A stretch of 12,771 bases of DNA from positions 1 to 12,771 of the forward strand of contig CBDANQ010000033.1 in the NCBI GenBank assembly GCA_965197725.1, given 5' to 3'. The position numbers and the translations under genes are program-made. How positions within the stretch are numbered: position 1 is the first letter of the stretch; each line of letters opens with the position of its first letter. Of the stretch, positions 1-5,734 are shown piece by piece. Below the pieces are notes generated by a model. It ran no database searches. It was not told the DNA's origin and saw nothing but the letters and a program-made list of their open reading frames with translations. The DNA is from Longimicrobiales bacterium. Lineage in GTDB: Bacteria > Gemmatimonadota > Gemmatimonadetes > Longimicrobiales > Gaopeijiaceae.

Positions 1-932
1 GTCCGGTCGACACGAGCTGGTGGCGCTGGGAAGTCCTCGTCGGTCCAGCTTTCCCAGTCGTCGAAGAGTGCGGACTGGACCTCGGTCATGCCCGCGCCGT
101 ACGGGTACGTCTCCGTAGTGAGGTCCTGGCCGGACGCCTGCGTCTCCTCGACCATCTCGAGAAAACGGTCGATGTCGCGCCCGGACGTCGAGTTGATGTG
201 AACGACGTGGAGTGCGGCCCCGGCCCGGCGGGCCGCCGCGAGCGTGGTGTCAAAGCCCTGCACGCCATGCCGCATGTGAATGTGGATCGAGGCCCCGACG
301 TCACCCGCCACGCCGAACATGCGCTCGATCTCGTCCATGGTCGCGCCGGGCGTATACGCCGTCCCGAAGCCGACGGCTACCGCACCCTGGGCCAGGCCCT
401 CTCGAATACGGCGCTCCATCTCGTCGAGCTGCTCGGGCGTCACGCTCCCCGAGCCTCCAATCCCGGCTGGCAGCATGCCCTCACTGGGATCGTCGAGGAG
501 GTCCATGCGCACACCGATGTGTCCGATGCTCACTCCGTAGTTGACGATCTGCCCACCCTCGCGCTCGGCGTACCACGCGCCGACGTCCGCCGTGCCGACT
601 TCCAGTTCCAGCGCCGAGGTGACTCCGTCCCTCACCATCAGAGCGTAGGACTCCTCTTGCTGCCCGTGTTCGTGCAGATCGACGAAGCCCGGCGCGACGA
701 CCAGGCCGGTGGCGTCGATGGTTCGTGCGCCATCGATCTCTCCGTCGGCGATTGCGGCGATTCTTCCGTCCCGGATTCCGATGGTACGGACAGCGTCGAG
801 ACCCGATTCGGGATCCATGACTCGGCCATTCGTGATGACCAGGTCGAAGTCACCCGAACCCTCGTCTGCGGGGCCACAGCCTAGCAGTGTTCCCACCACG
901 AGTGCGATTCCGGTCGCGAGCGTGCGTTTCAT
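1..932 (-). CDS. Metal-dependent amidohydrolase, D-aminoacylase/N-acyl-D-amino-acid deacylase-like, predicted lipoprotein; 3' end truncated by the window edge
   Basis: Not in the ORF track; translated by hand from ATG at 932: [19 protein letters not shown] (lipobox LLGC) ...[30 protein letters not shown]...[13 protein letters not shown] (HxH metal motif)...[12 protein letters not shown]...IHIHMR...LHVVHINS...[22 protein letters not shown] is the reverse complement of 941-946, 8 nt before the ATG. Confidence 0.9.
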   Translation of the reverse strand, partial: MKRTLATGIALVVGTLLGCGPADEGSGDFDLVITNGRVMDPESGLDAVRTIGIRDGRIAAIADGEIDGARTIDATGLVVAPGFVDLHEHGQQEESYALMVRDGVTSALELEVGTADVGAWYAEREGGQIVNYGVSIGHIGVRMDLLDDPSEGMLPAGIGGSGSVTPEQLDEMERRIREGLAQGAVAVGFGTAYTPGATMDEIERMFGVAGDVGASIHIHMRHGVQGFDTTLAAARRAGAALHVVHINSTSGRDIDRFLEMVEETQASGQDLTTETYPYGAGMTEVQSALFDDWESWTDEDFPAPPARVDR

Positions 933-957
933 CCCTGATGCCTCCCGTAGATCAAAG

Positions 958-1179
958 CGCAGCGGCGGGGCGACCTCCGAGTTCGGAGCGGAGACGGCGG
1001 TTCCCCACATTCGGGCGATCTTCGATGACGACGGGCGACCCCTCGTCATCATCAGCTTCAACACCGACATCGCGGACGGCTGGGAGCGCGAGGGCGACGT
1101 ACCCCACTTCTTCTACAACTTCTCGCCGCAAGCCTACGGTCTCGGGATCAACATCCTCATATGGGCAGTGAGCCACTGA
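958..1179 (+). pseudogene. C-terminal fragment of a DUF4159-like protein, with no start codon of its own
   Basis: [73 protein letters not shown] resembles the DUF4159 C-terminus as I recall it (NTDxxDGWE...A..lGiNi..ya.tH). The upstream part of track ORF 709-1179 is only antisense to the amidohydrolase. There is no in-frame Met after 932. Confidence 0.75.
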
Positions 1180-1249
1180 GTTCGGGGGAGCGCTGTGACT
1201 CACCGCGTGTCCTGTACTTCTCCCCTCCTGCCAATCGCGGCCCTCGGCC

Positions 1250-2398
1250 TCAGGCCTCCGCGACGTCCTCGAAGAGCACGATCACGTGATCGGGCCGCCC
1301 CTTCATGGTGCGAACGAGTCCTGTCCTCGTACGCGCCCAAAGCACCTCCCCATCCACCGCCTTCAGACGCCGTTGGGCTTCGCTCAGGTCCTCCGCGCCT
1401 GAGGCGACCCTCCGAAGCTCGTCTTCGAGAGCGCTACGGTCGCTGTCATCGGCTAGGTCGAGGAGTGGCGTGCCGACGAGGTCGTCGAGTTCGTAGTCGA
1501 AGGCATGCAGGAACGCCGGGTTCGCGGCTCGGATGCCGCCGCTCAGGTTCACGAGGAGGATCGCGAGTCCGGAGCTCTCGAAGATCCAGCCGTAGCGTGC
1601 GGCGCTGCCGTGCAGGTCCACGGCGATCCGCTCATCGGTCACGTCCTCGACGGAGCCCTCGATGTAGCGAGTCGATCCGTCGGACGCCCGGTGCGCGCGG
1701 GCTGTGTTCCGTACATGCACGGTCCTTCCGCCACGGCGCCTGAGATCACCCTCGAACCCCCGGACCACGCCGAGCTCCAGTCGGTCTAGGAAGGACTGCC
1801 GGTGCGCCGGGTTCACGAAAAAGTTCCGCGCGTAGTCGAACTCCAGCGTGTCTCGATCCGGGTGCCCGAGGATCTGCACCAACGAAGGGTTCACGTCCAG
1901 TAACTCGCCGTCGGGTGTGGTCCGGTAGAGCCCCACTGGCAGGTGGTCGAACATGGAGCGGTTCCGCTCTTCGCTGTCTCGGAGTGCGGCTTCAGCGCGT
2001 ACCCGCTCCATCGAGTAGCGAATCGAGCGCTCTAGCGTGTCCGGATTCACGGTCTCCTTTTGCAGGTAATCCGAGGCCCCCGCTTCCATGGCTTCCACGT
2101 CCACTTCGTACCGGCCCTTGCCGGTGAACAGGATCATCGGCGCTCGGTGCAACTCAGCCCGGGCATGACGAACGAGCTCGATGCCCGAGTGGTCTCCGAC
2201 TATATAATCGACGAGGTATACGTCGTGCTCCCGCTTCGCCATCGACTCCCGGCCCTCATCGAAAGTGCTGACCCAGTCGAGATGGAACGACGATGACGGG
2301 ATCTGCTCCAGAATGGCGTTCGCGAGGAGCATCGCCGCCTCGTCATCGTCGATGAGCAAGACGTGAATCGTGTCGTCGCTCTGAATCGCTTGCGTCAT
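1250..2398 (-). CDS. Response-regulator receiver domain plus two PAS domains (REC-PAS-PAS), with no output domain
   Basis: Receiver motifs: VLLIDDDE, DVYLVDY (phosphoacceptor Asp), ILFTGKG, GASDYLQK. PAS1 runs MFDHLPVGLYRTTPDGELLDVNP...IEGSVEDVT. PAS2 runs IFESSGLAILLVNLSGGIRAANPAF...VIVLFEDV. 382 aa. Confidence 0.92.
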   Translation of the reverse strand: MTQAIQSDDTIHVLLIDDDEAAMLLANAILEQIPSSSFHLDWVSTFDEGRESMAKREHDVYLVDYIVGDHSGIELVRHARAELHRAPMILFTGKGRYEVDVEAMEAGASDYLQKETVNPDTLERSIRYSMERVRAEAALRDSEERNRSMFDHLPVGLYRTTPDGELLDVNPSLVQILGHPDRDTLEFDYARNFFVNPAHRQSFLDRLELGVVRGFEGDLRRRGGRTVHVRNTARAHRASDGSTRYIEGSVEDVTDERIAVDLHGSAARYGWIFESSGLAILLVNLSGGIRAANPAFLHAFDYELDDLVGTPLLDLADDSDRSALEDELRRVASGAEDLSEAQRRLKAVDGEVLWARTRTGLVRTMKGRPDHVIVLFEDVAEA

Positions 2399-2441
2399 TG
2401 GGGAGGTGGCCGAAGGGGGCTCGATCCCATGGGGAAAATCG

Positions 2442-2471
2442 AAGCTATCGCAGGGAAGGTCAGGCGGACAA
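2442..2471 (-). promoter_or_regulatory. Candidate sigma70-type promoter for the REC-PAS-PAS gene
   Basis: Minus strand TTGTCC (2471-2466), 18-nt spacer, TAGCTT (2447-2442), within the 90-nt gap between the GGQ-factor stop and the REC gene start. Confidence 0.35.
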
Positions 2472-2488
2472 GGAGAGGCTGCGACAGG

Positions 2489-2860
2489 TCAGTCACGCTC
2501 CGGATCCGGGGGGCTCCGCAGTCGCTTGACTTGCCCTCGTTTGCTCTTGTCGCCGAGGCGCTTCTCTTTCTCCCTGCGCGGCACCCGCGTCGATACACGA
2601 GGGGTTTCGCGACGCAGGAGCTTCTCGAGCTTCGTGCGCAAGCGCTCGAGCGCTCGGGCGCGGTTGCGATGCTGGCTCCGCTCCTCGCGCGCCACCACTC
2701 GGAGGCCAGAGGGCAGGTGTACCAGCCGGACGCCGCTCTCCGTCTTGTTTTGGTGCTGCCCGCCCGGTCCGCCCGCACGAAAAGTTTCCACGTGGCACTC
2801 GGCGAGGAGCTGCTCGTCCGAGTCGGGAATCTTCAAGTCTGGGTGGGTCTCATCGTCCAT
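2489..2860 (-). CDS. Stand-alone GGQ peptidyl-tRNA hydrolase (peptide chain release factor-like; ArfB/mtRF-R-type ribosome rescue factor)
   Basis: FRAGGPGGQHQNKTESGVRLVHLPSGLRVVAREERSQHRNRARALERL is class I release factor domain 3. A basic tail follows: PRVSTRVPRREKEKRLGDKSKRGQVKRLR. No codon-recognition domains; 123 aa. Confidence 0.92.
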   Translation of the reverse strand: MDDETHPDLKIPDSDEQLLAECHVETFRAGGPGGQHQNKTESGVRLVHLPSGLRVVAREERSQHRNRARALERLRTKLEKLLRRETPRVSTRVPRREKEKRLGDKSKRGQVKRLRSPPDPERD

Positions 2861-2961
2861 TGCAGAGCCGGCCTCGAGCTATGGCACCATTTCGACGTTG
2901 GGGGTAGTGTTTGACGCGCGCCGTATCTGCGGCGTCCCCACTTAGCCCCTGCTAAGACCTC

Positions 2962-4059
2962 ATGATCTTCGAGCGCACGGAGGAACATCCTGGCGCCAGG
3001 TTGCTCTTCATCCTGGCGTGTTTGGTCATCGTGGTCTACGGGCTGAAGTTTGCAGCGCCGATTCTGCTGCCGACCGCCCTGGCGCTGTTCCTCACTGTTC
3101 TGAGCCTCCCGATCATGCTCTGGCTGGTGCACCACCGGGTACCAGCAGGGTTCGCGACCTTGATCACCGTGCTCATCTTCGTCTCAGGGGTCGGCCTACT
3201 GATCCTGGTGGCGAGCCAATCGGTCACTGACCTCCAGAACAATATCCAACGATACCAGGACCTGTTCGGGGAACGCGTGGTAGCCGTGATAGAGTCGGTC
3301 GACGATCTGAGCCCTAGCTTCGACGTCAGCCCGTATGTCACCACGGACGTCATCACGGACCTGATCGATCCGACTGCGGTCGTGGACTTCGTGCAAGGCA
3401 CGATCGGGCGCATCGCCCAGTTCGTCTCGACGACCTTCATCGTCTTCCTGATAATGGCGTTCATGCTGGGTGAGGCCACGGTCTTCCCGGAAAAGATCAG
3501 GTACGTGCTCGGCCAGAATGGCGGCGACGAGGACCGCTTGACCAAGGTGGTTACCGAGGTGCAGACCTACCTGGGCATCAAGACGATGGTATCACTCGCC
3601 ACGGGCCTGGTGCTGGGTCTCTGGGCCTGGGTCACGCAGCTCGAGTTCGCTCTTCTGTTGGGCCTGATCGCGTTCCTGCTCAACTACGTGCCCACGGTTG
3701 GTTCGATCATCGCGGCGGTGCCAGCAGTGCTCTTGAGTATCGTTCTGTACGGAACCGTACCTCACGCCCTGTTCGTGGCCATGGGCTACGTCGTCGTGAA
3801 CATCCTCTTCGGAAACATTCTCGAGCCCAACCTGTTGGGGCGCCGGCTCGGCCTGTCTACGCTCGTCGTGATCCTGTCGCTACTCTTCTGGGGGTGGGCG
3901 TGGGGTCCACTCGGGGCGCTGCTCTCCGTGCCGCTGACGGTGATGGTGAAGATCTGGCTCGAGAACACGCAGGACTTGGACTGGGTGGCGGTGTTGTTGG
4001 ACAAGTCTCCCCCACCCGTGCCGACGGTCGGTGGGGGCATAAACCCGGAGGCGGCATAA
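2962..4059 (+). CDS. AI-2E family (TqsA/PerM/YhhT-like) membrane transporter
   Basis: 365 aa with multiple TM helices. Signature segments LLNYVPTVGSIIA and GNILEPNLLGRRLGLSTLVVILSLLFWGWAWGPLGALLSVPLT. Confidence 0.93.
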   Translation: MIFERTEEHPGARLLFILACLVIVVYGLKFAAPILLPTALALFLTVLSLPIMLWLVHHRVPAGFATLITVLIFVSGVGLLILVASQSVTDLQNNIQRYQDLFGERVVAVIESVDDLSPSFDVSPYVTTDVITDLIDPTAVVDFVQGTIGRIAQFVSTTFIVFLIMAFMLGEATVFPEKIRYVLGQNGGDEDRLTKVVTEVQTYLGIKTMVSLATGLVLGLWAWVTQLEFALLLGLIAFLLNYVPTVGSIIAAVPAVLLSIVLYGTVPHALFVAMGYVVVNILFGNILEPNLLGRRLGLSTLVVILSLLFWGWAWGPLGALLSVPLTVMVKIWLENTQDLDWVAVLLDKSPPPVPTVGGGINPEAA

Positions 4060-4061
4060 CC

Positions 4062-4553
4062 ATGCCCAGAGTTAAGTTCGATGCGCTACCAGATCGTGGC
4101 CGGTTGTGGGTCTTCCCGGCTACGCAGGCCCTCAGTTCGGCCCAGTCCGACGCCTTCCTGCAAGCGGTCGATTCATTCCTCGACGCGTGGGCCGCACACG
4201 GCGTTCCGCTTCGTTCCGGCAGGGAACTGAGGGACGACCGTTTTCTGGTCATCGGCGTGGATGTGGACGTTGAAGCCCCCTCCGGCTGCTCGATCGACAC
4301 GTTGGTGAACCGCTTACGTGGTCTCGGCACGGAGCTGAGCGTATCGCTCATCGATCACGCTCCCGTGTGGTACCGCGACGGGGAGGAGATCCGGACTGCT
4401 ACTCGCGCCGAGTTCCGTGCGCTTGCGGAGTCCGGGGCGGTGGGTCCCGAAACGCCGGTATTCGACACGAGCCTGACCACGATCGGAAGCTTCCGTGCCG
4501 GGGAGCTAGAGCAGCCAGCGGCTGCGACATGGCACGGGCCGGCCTTCTTCTAG
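4062..4553 (+). CDS. Conserved hypothetical protein with WxAHG and SGCSID motifs
   Basis: Start taken at ATG 4062, 2 nt after the AI-2E stop, with SD GGAGG at 4047-4051. 163 aa: MPRVKFDALPDRGRLWVF...FLDAWAAHG...APSGCSID...PVFD...TWH. Resembles a family I recall from Bacteroidota and relatives. Confidence 0.85.
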   Translation: MPRVKFDALPDRGRLWVFPATQALSSAQSDAFLQAVDSFLDAWAAHGVPLRSGRELRDDRFLVIGVDVDVEAPSGCSIDTLVNRLRGLGTELSVSLIDHAPVWYRDGEEIRTATRAEFRALAESGAVGPETPVFDTSLTTIGSFRAGELEQPAAATWHGPAFF

Positions 4554-4619
4554 AATCGACTCTGCGCCGTTCTCAACTGGGTGCCGGACTGGACCACATC
4601 CGGAAGAAGTGACGGGACG

Positions 4620-5729
4620 ATGAAGCTGACTGCTGTGCTGCTGCTCGGGCCCATCTTCACTGCCCCGAGCGCGCTGCACGCGCAGGAGGCGGACCTGCCG
4701 GCACCTCCCCTGGCCCAGATGCCGCGTACCCTGCGGTGGGGCCCTCAGCGGCCGGACCTCGTGCGTTACAACCGCGTGGAGGGGCTGTCTCTGGGGGTTC
4801 GTGGGCAGATCCGGCCTCAGACGTTTTTCGGACCTTTGTCGCTGACAGGCACCGCTCGCATTGGGATTGCGGATCTGGAACCGAACGGGCGTGTCGACAT
4901 CACGCGCGAGACGGTGAAGCGGCGCGTGACGTTCAGCCTCTTCCACGAGCTGGCTGCCATCGATGAGGATGCCCGGCACCTCGGGCTCGGCAATTCGCTG
5001 CTCGCGGCGTTCACCGGCCGGGACGACGGGGACTACTATCGGCGTTCCGGGGCGTCCTTCGAATGGACTCCACCCGAGTTAGAGCGCCGAGACCTCAAAG
5101 TTAGAGGCTTCGCTGAGTACCACCGACCGGCAGTGGCCCAAACCGACTTCGCTGTCTTCAAGCTGGGTAGCGACGCGTTTCGCTTCCGGGACGACCTGGT
5201 AGCGGATGAGGGTTGGGTGTACGGGGGCCAGGTCGCGCTAACCCCGTGGTGGGGTTCCGATCCGAACCTCGTACAGGGCGGCCTGGAGCTAACAGCTGAG
5301 GCGGCGACCGGCGACTTTGAGTACGCCCGCACCGCGCTGGTCGCGCGGTTGGCGGTGCCACTCCCGTCCGATCTGCGCCTCGGACTCGAGGCCGGCGCCG
5401 GCGAGGGGTGGGGGAACCCGACCGAACAGCGTATGTGGCACCTGGGTGGACCCTCATCCCTGCGCGGTTACGATCCACGCCGCCTCACAGGCACCAGCTT
5501 CGTCAGGGCGAGAGGTGAGCTAGCGCGCGCGTATTCGTTCGCTTCGGTATCGCTCTTCGCGGACGTCGGTTGGGCGGGAGAGTCCGAGAGCTACCGCTCC
5601 GAGGATGCGCTGTACTCGGCCGGCGTCGGCCTAGCGGTGGTGGACGGCCTCATCCGGCTGGACTCGGCGTGGGGCATCCGGCGGCCGCGCGCGTTCCGCT
5701 TGGACCTGTACCTCAATGCGATTCCATAG
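4620..5729 (+). CDS. Outer-membrane beta-barrel protein, Omp85 (BamA/TamA)-like barrel without POTRA domains
   Basis: ATG 4620 gives signal peptide MKLTAVLLLGPIFTAPSALHA|QE. Contains RYNRVEGLSLG, alternating beta-strand patterns, the Omp85 loop-6-like motif LGGPSSLRGY, and terminal strands SLFADVGWAG...YSAGVGL...LIRLDSAWG...FRLDLYL. 369 aa. Confidence 0.75.
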   Translation: MKLTAVLLLGPIFTAPSALHAQEADLPAPPLAQMPRTLRWGPQRPDLVRYNRVEGLSLGVRGQIRPQTFFGPLSLTGTARIGIADLEPNGRVDITRETVKRRVTFSLFHELAAIDEDARHLGLGNSLLAAFTGRDDGDYYRRSGASFEWTPPELERRDLKVRGFAEYHRPAVAQTDFAVFKLGSDAFRFRDDLVADEGWVYGGQVALTPWWGSDPNLVQGGLELTAEAATGDFEYARTALVARLAVPLPSDLRLGLEAGAGEGWGNPTEQRMWHLGGPSSLRGYDPRRLTGTSFVRARGELARAYSFASVSLFADVGWAGESESYRSEDALYSAGVGLAVVDGLIRLDSAWGIRRPRAFRLDLYLNAIP

Positions 5730-5734
5730 ACTCC

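Noticed and set aside
198..884. 228-aa + strand ORF and the other long antisense or alternative-frame ORFs (e.g. 5591-6658, 6707-7747, 9581-10765)
   Set aside because: Shadow ORFs typical of high-GC DNA, overlapping genes with clear family motifs.
709..1179. 156-aa + strand ORF as a complete gene
   Set aside because: Its first half is antisense to the well-supported amidohydrolase; only about 958-1179 looks like real protein.
952..1203. 83-aa minus-strand ORF with an upstream AGGAGG
   Set aside because: It is antisense to the DUF4159-like fragment, has no recognisable motifs, and the SD-like site is too far from the GTG.
2401..2430. Strong + strand SD (GGAGGT) suggesting a + strand gene (ORFs 2363-2914, 2406-2945)
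   Set aside because: There is no properly spaced start codon, and the ORFs are antisense to the GGQ factor with no recognisable motifs.
2911..2940. TTGACG as the -35 of an AI-2E promoter
   Set aside because: There is no acceptable -10 hexamer 16-18 nt downstream.
4529..4556. TAGAAT overlapping the 4553 stop as an internal -10 for the OMP gene
   Set aside because: Only a weak -35 (ATGGCA at 16 nt), and half the hexamer is explained by the stop codon, so support is insufficient.
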